From a virus (Duplodnaviria; Heunggongvirae; Uroviricota; Caudoviricetes), in the IMG/VR virus record IMGVR_UViG_2878480445_000013: a stretch of 64,000 bases of DNA. One strand, given 5' to 3'. This document shows positions 32,402 through 42,242 of this stretch, piece after piece; position 1 is the stretch's first letter, and each line of letters begins with the position of its first letter. The translations under genes were made by a program, and so were the position numbers. The notes beneath the pieces were generated by a model. It searched no databases. It was not told the DNA's origin and saw only the letters and a program-made list of their open reading frames with translations.

Positions 32402-33016
32402 TTAGCCCTGCGGCTCCTCGGTGTGACTGGTGTCTTCGGTGTCCACAGCTTCCGCCTGCGGCTCGTAGACCGCATCGTACCACTTGTTATAGACATCATC
32501 GGTGGTGTTAGTACCGGTCTTGGCCTTGACATAACCGTTTGCCAGAGGGGTTGCCTGCAGGTTCAGGGTGTCTGTCTTGACTTCCTTGCTGTCCTCGTTG
32601 GTCTCACCCTCGATGGACGGACGGCTTGCCACACAGTTGTACAGCACATGGCGGATGTGACGCTGGTCACCATCGAACTCGAACAGGAAGGCGAAATGTT
32701 CCAGTTCCACATTGGCGTTCTCAGCAAGCACGCCGTTACCATCCAGTTCCTCGTGCATGATGTCCGTGAGGAAGCTCTCCGGGATCAGCGCGATCTCCAG
32801 ATCGCCCTCGTAGCCGGAGTTGTTATTCACAACATAGTAGGCGATATTGTCCGCATAGAACGGCTCGATCTCGCCATTGGCATCCATAGAAAGACTGACG
32901 GCACCGGGGATACGGACCGGCTTTGCATAGGTGACACTGCCATCTTCGTCAAAGGTTGCCTTTGCATAGTGGCAGTTTTTCAGGCCAAATTTGACCTTAT
33001 TGCTTTTCTTCGACAT
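32402..33016 (-). CDS. major tail protein (siphovirus, TP901-1/phi13-like)
   Basis: MSKKSNKVKFGLKNCHYAKATFDEDGSVTYAKPVRIPGAVSLSMDANGE... has the typical length (204 aa). The position is head-tail genes -> major tail protein -> tail assembly chaperone G/GT. Confidence 0.7.
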   Translation of the reverse strand: MSKKSNKVKFGLKNCHYAKATFDEDGSVTYAKPVRIPGAVSLSMDANGEIEPFYADNIAYYVVNNNSGYEGDLEIALIPESFLTDIMHEELDGNGVLAENANVELEHFAFLFEFDGDQRHIRHVLYNCVASRPSIEGETNEDSKEVKTDTLNLQATPLANGYVKAKTGTNTTDDVYNKWYDAVYEPQAEAVDTEDTSHTEEPQG

Positions 33017-33050
33017 AGTGTTCCTCCCATAAAAATATCCTGCATGAGCA

Positions 33051-33368
33051 TCACACAGTCAGCTCATACAGGACTTCATACATCTTTTCGGTTTCGATCC
33101 AGACCTCGCTTTTCTCATAGTAGAGTTCGTGTGCGGTCAGGACTTCTTCAATATTTGCTTCCATATCCGGGTCTTTGTAATCGGTGTAGACCTCAATGTC
33201 CAGCCGGTTGAAATGGTGGTACACAAGATTATCCGCGCCAAAGTTCTCAGCTTTCGGATACAGGAAGCAGATAAACGGTGGATCAGGGCTCTCCCCTTCT
33301 GCGAAATGGTCATACGCATAAGGAAGCCCCATCTCCTCCACCAGAGCCTTTACTTCTTCGTGGGTCAT
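33051..33368 (-). CDS. putative tail terminator / tail completion protein (positional call)
   Basis: A 105-aa ORF between the HK97 gp10-like gene and the major tail protein gene. Confidence 0.4.
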   Translation of the reverse strand: MTHEEVKALVEEMGLPYAYDHFAEGESPDPPFICFLYPKAENFGADNLVYHHFNRLDIEVYTDYKDPDMEANIEEVLTAHELYYEKSEVWIETEKMYEVLYELTV

Positions 33369-33378
33369 TGGTTCCTCC

Positions 33379-33756
33379 TTACTTTAGTGCCTTTTCGATA
33401 AGGGACTGGAGCTGCTCGATACCTGCCTGTTCAGCCGGAGCGATATGCGGTCTTCCTGCCACACGACCGCCGCCACGCTTGGCATGACCTTTTTCCAGAA
33501 GATGCGCCAGCTGGTAGCGGTTCTTGGAATGCACCACCATCTGAAGACTCTGACTGGATTCGGACTGCTTGGTCGCTACCCAGCTTCCCTTGTATGCGCC
33601 CGTCCGGGACGGTGCATTGGCCGAAATCTGGTCTTTGACCGTTTTCGCAGATTTGCGGACTGCCTTCTTAACCTCGGTGGAGGCAAGGGTCGCATATTCT
33701 TTTAAGCCCTCGTTGATGGCATCTGCCATCTCATCGATGCTGACAGTTCTGCTCAT
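33379..33756 (-). CDS. HK97 gp10-family head-tail joining protein
   Basis: MSRTVSIDEMADAINEGLKEYATLASTEVKKAVRKSAKTVKDQISANAPSRTGAYKGSW fits the HK97_gp10 pattern. Confidence 0.6.
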   Translation of the reverse strand: MSRTVSIDEMADAINEGLKEYATLASTEVKKAVRKSAKTVKDQISANAPSRTGAYKGSWVATKQSESSQSLQMVVHSKNRYQLAHLLEKGHAKRGGGRVAGRPHIAPAEQAGIEQLQSLIEKALK

Positions 33757-34087
33757 CCGGCTGCCTCCTTTCCAGTCTGCAATGGATCTTCAGGATCTTC
33801 TTCTGATAGTTCATCGGGTCAACGGATTCGATATTGTAAAGCTGCTCCCGGAAGCGGATGCGGAAACCGGTGGAAGTCAGGCATCTCGTCTCACTGCACC
33901 AGCGAACCGTAAACACCACGCTCTTCTGTTCGGCTGTGACCTCACCCTCTTCTTCCTGCGCCTGATAGGTCGAGGCGTAGGCAAAGCAGGTGAAATATTC
34001 CTCCCATGTGTTCCGATGGTTTCCGACCTTATCGGTCACGACCGTGCTTTTCTCGATCGTGATCCGCTCATTCAGCTTTTCGATCAT
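33731..34087 (-). CDS. phage head closure protein (head-tail adaptor, gp7/SPP1 gp16-like)
   Basis: A 118-aa ORF in the conserved position after the connector gene. The ATG overlaps the upstream stop (TGATG). Confidence 0.55.
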   Translation of the reverse strand: MIEKLNERITIEKSTVVTDKVGNHRNTWEEYFTCFAYASTYQAQEEEGEVTAEQKSVVFTVRWCSETRCLTSTGFRIRFREQLYNIESVDPMNYQKKILKIHCRLERRQPDEQNCQHR

Positions 34088-34424
34088 CAGAACACCCCCT
34101 CCCTCACAGCAAACAGAATGGAACGAAGCGTCAGCATCAGCTGCTTATGGTCAGCTTCGTCCCGGTGCTCATAGAGATACCCCAGCGCATACAGAATCGC
34201 CACACGGCAGGTGCTGCGCAGGCTCCCAGTTCCCTTGTAGGCTGTACTCCGTTCTCGGCATCCCGGTCAGCGGCATTGACTGCCTCCCACTGGTCTTCCG
34301 ATAAACGGCCCACATCCTTGCACATCTGCTCCGCAGAAGATAAAAGGATGCCGATCAGGGCATCCTCATCGCTGCTGTCCACGCGGAGATAGGTCTTCGC
34401 TTCGTAAAGCGGAATCAGTGCCAT
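34087..34424 (-). CDS. head-tail connector protein (gp6-like), frame break near 34230
   Basis: N-terminus MALIPLYEAKTYLRVDSSDEDALIGILLSSAEQ is gp6-like. The listed ORF ends aberrantly. The adjacent frame reads ...RVAILYALGYLYEHRDEADHKQLMLTLRSILFAVREGVF* to a stop at 34087, which is the canonical C-terminus. Confidence 0.55.
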
Positions 34425-34450
34425 AACCGGCTCCTCCTTTCCAGACTTTC

Positions 34451-35655
34451 TTAGCCCTGCGGTGCCATCTGCAGAAGCTGTACGGCTTCGGGCAGGATCA
34501 GCTTGCCATCCACACGCTGGGTGGTCAGGAAACCGACCTGATCAGTACGGGCATACAGCTCGTTCAGACGGCGGAAGGTGCGGTTCTGGCGGTCAGCCAC
34601 CCAGTAGTAGCTGTAATCGCCAAAGGCCATGACCTTGCTTCCACCCTTGATCTCCGGCATGAAGGCGGAAGTCTTCAGCGGACGGTTCAGCAGGGTATCC
34701 GGCTTGCCGATCTCCAGACCCGGCTTCCAGATATAGTTGCCGTTGTTATCCTTGATGGTCATCAACTGCAGCACCAGGCTTCGTTGCAGAGGAACTGTGC
34801 CTTCTTGCGGTACGGAGCCTTCAGTGCATAGTAGAGCTTGAAGATCTCATCGAAGGTAACGGCATCCTTCTGGGCAGCGGTCACACCGACCTTGGCACCG
34901 CCGGTCTCTGCCAGCAGACCCAGAGGCTTGCCCACACCGTCGCCGGTGATAAAGGCACGCTCCTCTGCGTTGCCCATACGCACACCGAAACGGCGGGCAA
35001 TATAGGTGGCAAGGTCAAAAGCGGAATCGTTCAGGAGTTCGTTGGAGATCTTGATCATGGTGCCCAGCTTGTATGCAGACAGCATGGTCTGGCCGAAGGT
35101 AGTATCGCTCTCCGGGATCTCCTCACCCTCATCGATCCAGCTTGCCTCACCGGTATCCTCTGCGATGGGGATCTTACGGGTGCCGGAGCTGGTGCGGATG
35201 ACCGTTGCCAGACCACGGAAGATGTTGTTCTCCTCCAGTGCCTCCACCAGCTTCTTCTCGAACTCATCGGGAACGGTAAAGCCGCCCTCGGTGTCCTCAC
35301 CCACAGACAGGGCATTGCGGACCTCGCCGTAATGGCCACGGTTGCGGATCATGTTCCAGAAGTTCTCGGCATACTCGGCAGTGGCGGTCGGCTTGACATC
35401 CTTCTTGGCACCGTTCTTCGGGTCAGCGTGGACAGGACTGGAAGTCGGTGCGGACAGCTGTGCCTCGATCTGTGCCTGCTGCTCCAGACGCTCGATCTCT
35501 GCACCCAGGTCCTTGACCTCCTGTGCCATCTTGTTGTACTGCTCCACGGCCTCAGCCTTTACCAGACCGTTCTCGCCGCGGTTCTTCTCCAGAAAGTCCT
35601 TGGTCTGCTCCCAGAGAGTGTTGCGCTTGGTGCGCAGTTCCAGAATCTTACTCAT
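34451..35655 (-). CDS. major capsid protein, HK97 family; frame break near 34770-34790
   Basis: ORF 34762..35655 has an N-terminal delta domain and the capsid core (...GGFTVPDEFEKKLVEAL...NELLNDSAFDLATYI...) and ends KAQFLCNEAWCCS*. ORF 34451..34774 continues ...LQLMTIKDNNGNYIWKPGLEIGKPDTLLNRPLKTSAFMPEI..FGDYSYYWVADRQNRTFRRLNELYA, which is canonical HK97 capsid C-terminus. Confidence 0.75.
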
Positions 35656-35712
35656 AGTGTTTGTCCTCCATAGATTGATTTGTGGTGATATAAAAAACAG
35701 CCTGAATGCACA

Positions 35713-36612
35713 TCACTTCATGCACTCAAGCTGTTTCATCAGGATATTGTAGGGGATGCTGCCATCCTCGGTCTTGCCGTCCAGATCAAGGACAGGGCCG
35801 GAATTGGCAGGTGGTTCGGCCGGAGGGGTCGGCTCTGCGGACGGTTTCGGGTCAGCAGGCGGCTCCTTCGGCTCAGTGTGCTTCTGACCTACGTCTTCCG
35901 GCTTCACCCCCAGACGGTTCAGGACGATTAGATCCATCTGACGGCTGGAGAAAAGGTGCCCTGCCGTATCCTTCTGGAACGGCTTCTTTTCTTCGCCCTC
36001 GCCCGGTTCACTGTCAGGGTCTTCTTCCGGTTTCTCCGGGTCTGCCGGGTCACTGTTCGGCTCCTCCTCTTTCTTTGCAAAGAGGATCTCGTCTGCGAAG
36101 CCCAGCTCCACAGCCTTCTTCGCATTCATCCAGGTCTCGTTGCTCATGAGGTTTGCAATACGGGCATGGCTGAGTCCGCTCTTTGCAGCATAGGCGTTGA
36201 TGATGCTCTCCTTGACTTCGGTCAGCACCTCGATGGCCTTTTCCATGTCCTTGGTATTGCCCATTGCAACCGTGCTGGGGTCATGGATCATCAGCATGGC
36301 AACAGGACTCATCTGAACAGTATCACCGGCCATTGCCACAACAGATGCAGCAGATGCCGCAATTGCATCGATCTTGACCGTGATGCTGCCCTTGTAGTCC
36401 TTAAGCATGGTATAGATCTCGGCAGCGGCGAACACATTTCCGCCCGGACTGTTGATCCAGACGGTCACATTCCCCTCGCCGGATTCCAGCTCATCCCGAA
36501 ACATCTGCGGCGTGATCTCATCACCCCAGAATGATTCCTCATCGATGGGACCTTCCAGCCGGAGGATTCTGGTGTCGTCACTGTTTTTGATCCAGTTCCA
36601 GAATTTCTTCAT
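35713..36612 (-). CDS. prohead maturation protease, ClpP/S14 family
   Basis: ILRLEGPIDEE...VWINSPGGNVFAAAEIYTMLKDYKGSITVKIDAIAASAASVVAMAGD are ClpP-like motifs. The acidic/Pro-rich C-terminal tail is typical. Confidence 0.8.
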   Translation of the reverse strand: MKKFWNWIKNSDDTRILRLEGPIDEESFWGDEITPQMFRDELESGEGNVTVWINSPGGNVFAAAEIYTMLKDYKGSITVKIDAIAASAASVVAMAGDTVQMSPVAMLMIHDPSTVAMGNTKDMEKAIEVLTEVKESIINAYAAKSGLSHARIANLMSNETWMNAKKAVELGFADEILFAKKEEEPNSDPADPEKPEEDPDSEPGEGEEKKPFQKDTAGHLFSSRQMDLIVLNRLGVKPEDVGQKHTEPKEPPADPKPSAEPTPPAEPPANSGPVLDLDGKTEDGSIPYNILMKQLECMK

Positions 36613-38017
36613 CGGGTTCTCCTTCTTTCATTCTTTCGTGGCTTACTCTCACTCAGCCGATTTTCGCTGTCAGGTTCTTCTTCCGGGTCTTGTTCCTCTG
36701 GCTGTGTCTGTTTGGGCTGATTCTGCTGGACTGCGGCAGCTTTATTCTGCTGCGCCACCCCTGCATCTTTCAGCTTCACATAGCCGCCGTTCAGGTAGTA
36801 GTCATCTCCGCCCTCCTCTGCCGGGATGAGATCCATGTTCTCCAGACGATGCACATCATTCGGAGAGAGGAAGCCGTTGCTGATGCCGGTCGCATAACCG
36901 TTCATCCGGCTCTGGTAGTCGCCACGGAGCAGACCGTCCACATTGAATTTTGGAAAGTAGGTATCCTGCTCCTCTTCCAGCAGAAGATCCTTGATGATGC
37001 CCTGCTCGATGCGGACAAGCCACGGAGTCAGGGAGTGCATCACGAAGTTCAGCGACTGGTATTCAATGTTGGAGAATGTGGCTCTGGACAGATCGGCTAC
37101 CAGATGCGGAGGCACACGGAAGATGCGGCAGATCTCCGTCACGGAAAACTGCTTCGTTTCCAAAAACTGGCTGTCTTCCGGCGGCAGGGAGATCGGTTTG
37201 TAGGCCATGCCCTCTTCCAGCACTGCCACACGATGGGCGTTCGCTGCGCCACCATAAGCCGCTTCCCAGCTATCGCGGATACGGTTCGGGTCTTTCACAA
37301 CGCCGGGATGCTCCAGCACACCACTGGGCTGTGCGCCGTTCTTGAAGAAAGAGGAACCGTATTTATCTACCGCAATGGAAGTACCGAGGCTGTTCTTCAT
37401 CATGGCGATTGGCGAGAAACCGATCAGACCATTAAAGCCAAGCCCCGGCACATGAAAGATCTCGTCCCGGCGGAAGTAGATGTCCTTGTTCTGCTCTCCC
37501 GGAACTTCATCCGTGTATGCGTGGTAGATATAGTAGAGCTCGCCACTTTCATCTCGGTCAACTTCGACATTTTCCGGCAAAAGCGGATACAGACCCAGCA
37601 CCGTGTTCTTGCCATCCCGGACGATCTGTGCGTAGCGTTGCCCCAGAGAAGCAGATGGGTCATCAGCGTTTCCCAGAAGACAAAGGATGTCATCTCCGGG
37701 TTGGGCTGGCGATACAGGATCTTATACAGCGGATGATCCCTCGCCTTTTCCTTGTTGCCGTTGTCGTCTGTCATCCGGTACAGATGCAGCGGCAGTGCCG
37801 CAATGGACTCTGCCAGCAGACGGACACAGGCGTACACAGTCGGGATCTGCATGGCTGCTTTCTCATCCACCTGCTCCCCGGCATTGGAGCGACCAAACAC
37901 AAAGGTCTGCCCGGAATCGCGGACGTTATCCGTGACCTTCGGCAGACCTTCTTTTGGCTGTTCTGTTTTGGGAGAATCCCTTGGATTCTCAAACCCCATC
38001 CATTCCCAGAATCCCAT
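36609..38017 (-). CDS. portal protein, HK97 family; single frame break at about 37640
   Basis: ORF 37424..38017 ends ...ETLMTHLLLWGNATHRSS. The adjacent frame reads YAQIVRDGKNTVLGLYPLLPENVEV, which runs into ORF 36609..37601 (MLGLYPLLPENVEVDRDESGELYYIYHAY...). Inserting one base after GGCAACGC joins them. Confidence 0.75.
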
Positions 38018-38232
38018 TAAGCCTTATCCCCCTTTTCCAGTTCCGGCAGACCGGCAAGGCTGGTACCGAGGGACGCAACACCCGCCACGATCACTGCACT
38101 GCCAACTGCCATCCAGTCCACAGTTCCGCCAGGCATCTGGGTCACGACCAGAGCCGCGCCGGTCTGGAACATCGTCTTTGCAGCACGGATGCCGGCTGCC
38201 TTCCACCATTCTGCACTCATCAGATACTTCAT
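38017..38232 (-). CDS. small membrane protein, LL-H holin-like (putative)
   Basis: MKYLMSAEWWKAAGIRAAKTMFQTGAALVVTQMPGGTVDWMAVGSAVIVAGVASLGTSLAGLPELEKGDKA has two predicted TM helices and resembles Holin_LLH proteins. It lies between the portal and large terminase genes. Confidence 0.4.
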   Translation of the reverse strand: MKYLMSAEWWKAAGIRAAKTMFQTGAALVVTQMPGGTVDWMAVGSAVIVAGVASLGTSLAGLPELEKGDKA

Positions 38233-38256
38233 TGTGTTTTCCTCCAAATCTTCATA

Positions 38257-39885
38257 TCAAAAAACGATCATGTCACGTTCGTCATAGACGCTTCCCTGCT
38301 GCTGTCCTTCGTTTCGGATGCAGCGGTCCAGTGCCATGATCGCAGCGACGATACCATCGATCTTCTCCGGCGATTTTGCCTTTGTCGGCTTGATATTGCC
38401 TGCCGGGTCGGTATCCACGACCACATTCCCCGCCATCCATGCCATGACCGGGTTGCCGCCGTGAGTAATACGCCCTTCCATCAGGAGCTTGTAGAACTCT
38501 TTGGTAGGCGGGCTCATATCTTTAAAGCCCTGACCGAAAGGCACGACCGTAAATCCCATCCCCTCAAGGTTCTGGGTCATCTGCACCGCACCCCATCGGT
38601 CAAAGGCAATCTCCAGAATGTGATAGGTCTTGCCCAGCTCCTCAATGACTTTTTCGATAAATCCGTAGTGGATGACATTGCCCTCGGTCGCCATCAGGTA
38701 GCCCTGCTGATACCAGACATCATACGGAACGGATGCCCTGCGCACACGCTGGGGGATCGTATCCTCCGGTATCCAGAAAAACGGAAGCATGATGTACTTC
38801 TCCTCTGGAACTCTGGGCGGGAACATCAGCACAAAAGCCGTGATGTCTCCAGTGCTGGACAAGTCCAGTCCTCCATAACAGTCACGGCCTTTAAGTGCTT
38901 CCATATCGATTGGCTGATTGCCGAGGTCATAGATGTGTTCCGGGATAAACCGGGTCAGCGAGGACACCCACATGTTCAGACGAAGCTGCTTGAACACATT
39001 CTCCTCTGCCGGGTTATCCAGTGCTTCCTGATATGCATCCCGGACACGCTGGATCTGAATGGTCTGCCCCAATGAGGGATTTGCCTTATACCAGTTGGCT
39101 TCATCATGCCAGTCATCCTCATCTGTCAGTCCATAGACCACAGGATAAAAGGTGTGGTCGATCTTACGTCCAGCCAGCAGGTCAAGGGCTTTCATGTGGA
39201 GCTCGTAGCAGATGCTCTCCTTATCCGTACCGGCCGTGGTGATCAGGAAGAACAACGGCTGCTCACGGGCATCACCGGAACCTTTGGTAAGGACATCGTA
39301 GAGTTTTCGGTTTGGCTGGGCATGAACCTCATCCAGCACCAGACCTGACACGTTCAAACCGTGCTTCGTACCAACTTCGGCAGACAGAACCTGATAAAAT
39401 CCTGCGTTCCCGTAGTTCACGATGCGCTTGGTGGCTGCCATGATCTTGCACCGTTTCAAAAGTGCCGGGGTCATCTGCACCATCTGGTGGGCAACATCAA
39501 AAACAATGGATGCCTGCTGGCGGTCAGCCGCCGCACCATAGACTTCGGCAGATGGCTCATTATCGGCAAAAAGCAGATACAAGGCCACCGCAGCGGCAAG
39601 TTCGGACTTGCCGTTCTTCTTACCTATTTCGACATAAGCCGTGCGAAACTGACGTTTTCCCTTTTCATCCACGATGCCGAACACATCCCGGATGATCTGC
39701 TCCTGCCAAGGAAGCAGCCAGAACCGCTTGCCCGCCCACTTGCCTTTGGTATGACGCAGGTTTTCGATAAAAGTCACTGCCCGGTCTGCTTTTGCGGCAT
39801 CGTAATGGCAGGTCGGAAGCATGAACCGGCTGGGTTTGTAGTCCTTCAGTTTCGGATAGTTTTGGGGTCTGCACTCTGCCATCAA
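38257..39885 (-). CDS. terL: terminase large subunit
   Basis: 542-aa intact ORF. Walker A-like VEIGKKNGKSELAAAVALY, an ATPase domain and a C-terminal nuclease domain. Typical Terminase_1 architecture. Confidence 0.85.
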   Translation of the reverse strand: MMAECRPQNYPKLKDYKPSRFMLPTCHYDAAKADRAVTFIENLRHTKGKWAGKRFWLLPWQEQIIRDVFGIVDEKGKRQFRTAYVEIGKKNGKSELAAAVALYLLFADNEPSAEVYGAAADRQQASIVFDVAHQMVQMTPALLKRCKIMAATKRIVNYGNAGFYQVLSAEVGTKHGLNVSGLVLDEVHAQPNRKLYDVLTKGSGDAREQPLFFLITTAGTDKESICYELHMKALDLLAGRKIDHTFYPVVYGLTDEDDWHDEANWYKANPSLGQTIQIQRVRDAYQEALDNPAEENVFKQLRLNMWVSSLTRFIPEHIYDLGNQPIDMEALKGRDCYGGLDLSSTGDITAFVLMFPPRVPEEKYIMLPFFWIPEDTIPQRVRRASVPYDVWYQQGYLMATEGNVIHYGFIEKVIEELGKTYHILEIAFDRWGAVQMTQNLEGMGFTVVPFGQGFKDMSPPTKEFYKLLMEGRITHGGNPVMAWMAGNVVVDTDPAGNIKPTKAKSPEKIDGIVAAIMALDRCIRNEGQQQGSVYDERDMIVF

Positions 39886-40364
39886 CTTCCACCTCCTCCC
39901 AGCAGATTCTCCATCTCATCAGCTGCATCCGCAGGACCGCCGTCCGAAGCAATGATCCGGCTTCGGGAGGACGGGGTCAGACCGAACTGCTCTGCAAACT
40001 TGTTCATGATCTTCAGATAGGTCTGGGCGATGGAAACCTGCGGCACCTGCTGCCAGTACCCAGATGGGGTCTTGACAATGGTGCCGTGCTGGGTGATAAA
40101 TTCCTCAGCCTCTTTCCATCGGGCATACGCCTGACAGTAACCAGCGAAAGCAGCCATATCCACTTCGGTCAGGATGCCGATGGCTTCCATCTGCTTTGCA
40201 AGTCTGCGCCACTCTTTCTTTGCTTCCGGCTCCAGCCACTTCGGACAGGCCGGTGCTTTCTTGTTGGGCTTCGGTTCGCTGGTGTTCAGCGGATGCTTGC
40301 CCGGATTACCTTCCAGTTCCTTCATGGCGGTCGGCTTTGGTTTTCTGCCTCTGGTAGCCATTGG
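39882..40364 (-). CDS. terS: terminase small subunit, P27 family
   Basis: MPMATRGRKPKPTAMKELEGNPGKHPLNTSEPKP...AFAGYCQAYARWKEAEEFITQHGTIVKTPSGYWQQ is the P27-family signature. The track ORF is over-extended upstream (232 aa). Confidence 0.8.
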   Translation of the reverse strand, partial: PMATRGRKPKPTAMKELEGNPGKHPLNTSEPKPNKKAPACPKWLEPEAKKEWRRLAKQMEAIGILTEVDMAAFAGYCQAYARWKEAEEFITQHGTIVKTPSGYWQQVPQVSIAQTYLKIMNKFAEQFGLTPSSRSRIIASDGGPADAADEMENLLGGGGS

Positions 40365-40552
40365 CATCTCCTCCTTTCTGCAAAAATGGGTAAAGAAAAA
40401 GGACCTCCAAAGAAGTCCTCGAAATATCATTTTCCTAAACAGGAAACTTTTCTGTATAACTAACAAATAGTTTCCCATTTCGGCAACTTTATATAAAACA
40501 CATCGGATACGAGGCACAGCCCCTTTTCGGGGCGTGTACCTTTCGGGTGCTG

Positions 40553-40929
40553 TTAGGCGTTGGGGTTGGCTTCCTTCCAAGCCTCGTATTCATCGACCAG
40601 CTCCGCTTCCTCGATGACCTGCCAGACGCTGCAGAAGCGGCTTCTCTGCTGCTCGATCTCCGCTTCCGTCCAGTCTTCCGGCTTGCGGCTCATGTCGTGG
40701 TAGGCATCCATCTCCGCTTTCGTCCGGAAGAAAAGAATCTGCTTCAGCTTCAGCGTTTCCTCGTTATTCCGCAGGCTGTACCGCCTGTCTTCTGCCGCCC
40801 TGCAAAGGCTTCCGAGATCGTTGCAGCTGAGGGTCATGTCCTGCTTGAAGGCGATCTCGATGCCGATCAGCTTCTTCTCGGTGTCAGCTTCCTGAATGTT
40901 CTTAAGGTAGGTTTTTGCTTTGTTCGTCA
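40553..40929 (-). CDS. hypothetical protein (first cassette gene of the small-gene array)
   Basis: Start MTNKAKTYLKNIQEADTEKKLIGIEIAF... at ATG 40929. Preceded by promoter-leader repeat copy 1. Confidence 0.5.
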
Positions 40930-40942
40930 TGGTCTGTATCCT

Positions 40943-41034
40943 CCGTGTGTTTTGTTTTCCGTAGGGCTTTTCCCTTCGTTGTGACTGTATATTACCGTCA
41001 CTGCCCGGACATAGCAAGCGGCTATGCTGCACGA
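40943..41034 (-). promoter_or_regulatory. promoter-leader repeat copy 1
   Basis: Minus-strand consensus: GATCGTGTACTTTAGCCGCTTGATAGT-(N)-TGACGGTAATATACAGC..ACCGAAAGGGGAAAAC..GGAGG-ATG. It has -35 TTGATA, a 17-nt spacer and -10 TAATAT. Plus-strand landmarks are tatattaccgtca and tagcaagcggcta. Confidence 0.55.
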
Positions 41035-41129
41035 TCATACACACCTCTTTTTGTCGGATTTATGTGTATTTCCACACTGGAAGAATCCGCCACTACGAGC
41101 AAAAGCCCCCGAAGGAGCTCTGCCCTTTT

Positions 41130-41414
41130 TCAGTGTGCGTTCTTGATGCACCACTCGATCGCGTGACCGGCATCCGTGTAGGTCTCATCGGAAATCTTCA
41201 GAAGCTCCAGTCGGCACTCAATCGGTGACCAGCCTTCCTCTGGGTCTTCCACAAATCCGTATACCGCTCCCTCCAGCATGCCGTTCCAGTTCATCTGGGC
41301 AACCAAAACCCGGTCGCCGAACTGCATGATGCTGTCGTAGCAAGGTCTGAGTCGGTCGTAGAAACTCTCAATGCTGATGTTGTTTTCTGGGAAATTAATC
41401 AAATGCTTTTTCAT
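41130..41414 (-). CDS. hypothetical protein (94 aa)
   Basis: Intact ORF MKKHLINFPENNISIESFYDRLRPCYDSI... behind repeat copy 2. Confidence 0.5.
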   Translation of the reverse strand: MKKHLINFPENNISIESFYDRLRPCYDSIMQFGDRVLVAQMNWNGMLEGAVYGFVEDPEEGWSPIECRLELLKISDETYTDAGHAIEWCIKNAH

Positions 41415-41429
41415 GGTGAATTCCTCCGT

Positions 41430-41520
41430 GTTTTCGTTTTTCCCTTGGGGCTTTCCCCTTTCGGTATGTGCATATTACCGTCAGATGCAAAGGATAGCAA
41501 GCGGCTAAAGTACACGATCT
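41430..41520 (-). promoter_or_regulatory. promoter-leader repeat copy 2
   Basis: Plus strand reads ttcccctttcggtatgtgcatattaccgtcagatgcaaaggatagcaagcggctaaagtacacgatc. Confidence 0.55.
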
Positions 41521-41549
41521 TCCGCCCGGAATACCAGGCAGAATGTACA

Positions 41550-41756
41550 TCACTCTGCGTCCTGCTCCATGAGTTTCACTATGGTGTCGTAGAAGAACTG
41601 CGGGTCATATGCCAGCGGCTCCCGTCCGGCTTCCTTATCCATCCTGATCTGGTCTTCCACCATATCCTCGGCAGCCTCCAGCGTGAAGGCATCCTTATCG
41701 CTGTCATCCATGTGGTTGTAGATTTCCACGATGACATCCATCATCCGTTCTTCCAT
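41550..41756 (-). CDS. hypothetical acidic protein (68 aa from ATG 41756)
   Basis: MEERMMDVIVEIYNHMDDSDKDAFTLEAAEDMVEDQIRMDKEAGREPLAYDPQFFYDTIVKLMEQDAE. The upstream part of the track ORF is an alternative-start extension. Confidence 0.4.
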   Translation of the reverse strand: MEERMMDVIVEIYNHMDDSDKDAFTLEAAEDMVEDQIRMDKEAGREPLAYDPQFFYDTIVKLMEQDAE

Positions 41757-41879
41757 GTGTGCTTTCCCTTCCTCCACGCCGCCACATCTGCCCCTGTCTG
41801 GGGCGTTGTCGGTTCCTTCGGATTGTTTTGCCACCCGTGGCACAAGCCCCTGTGTGGGGCTGTGTCGGGGGCTGTCGGT

Positions 41880-42071
41880 TTATCTGTTCATCCGTCCCAG
41901 CAGGTAGGCTTCCTCCATTGTTTTCTGGATGCCCCAGACCGGAACCTCAATGAAGTCCTCGCTGTCATTGTTGCGGGCTTCGAGGTCGCCCCGACTGTCT
42001 ACCGCTGCCATCAGGCGCTTGGCGATCTCCAGCAGGGCTTTTTCTTCTTCCTTGGTAATGTTCTTCTTCAT
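41880..42071 (-). CDS. hypothetical protein (63 aa)
   Basis: MKKNITKEEEKALLEIAKRLMAAVDSRGDLEARNNDSEDFIEVPVWGIQKTMEEAYLLGRMNR behind repeat copy 3. Confidence 0.45.
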   Translation of the reverse strand: MKKNITKEEEKALLEIAKRLMAAVDSRGDLEARNNDSEDFIEVPVWGIQKTMEEAYLLGRMNR

Positions 42072-42084
42072 GGTGGTTTCCTCC

Positions 42085-42165
42085 GTTTTTCTTGGTTTTC
42101 CGTTTCGGTATGTGCATATTACCGTCTATGTCACACACTATCAAGCGGCCATACTACACAAAGAT
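42085..42165 (-). promoter_or_regulatory. promoter-leader repeat copy 3
   Basis: Plus strand reads ttttccgtttcggtatgtgcatattaccgtctatgtcacacactatcaagcggccatactacac. Confidence 0.5.
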
Positions 42166-42242
42166 AGCCGTCCGGAACTGTGCGTATTACGGCAGGAGAA
42201 AAGGGCCGCCGTTTCCGGCAAGCCCCACGTGTTTCTCAGGCT

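Noticed and set aside
31227-32405. 392-aa plus-strand ORF
   Set aside because: It is antisense to the tail chaperone and SPFH genes. The Leu/Asp/Cys-rich translation is nonsense, and the minus-strand genes have clear homology.
32399-34462. Major capsid and major tail proteins both end in ...PQG* with identical TTAGCCCTGCGG at their stops
   Set aside because: A 12-nt coincidence at two C-termini with no flanking similarity. Probably chance or a codon-usage effect. Not pursued.
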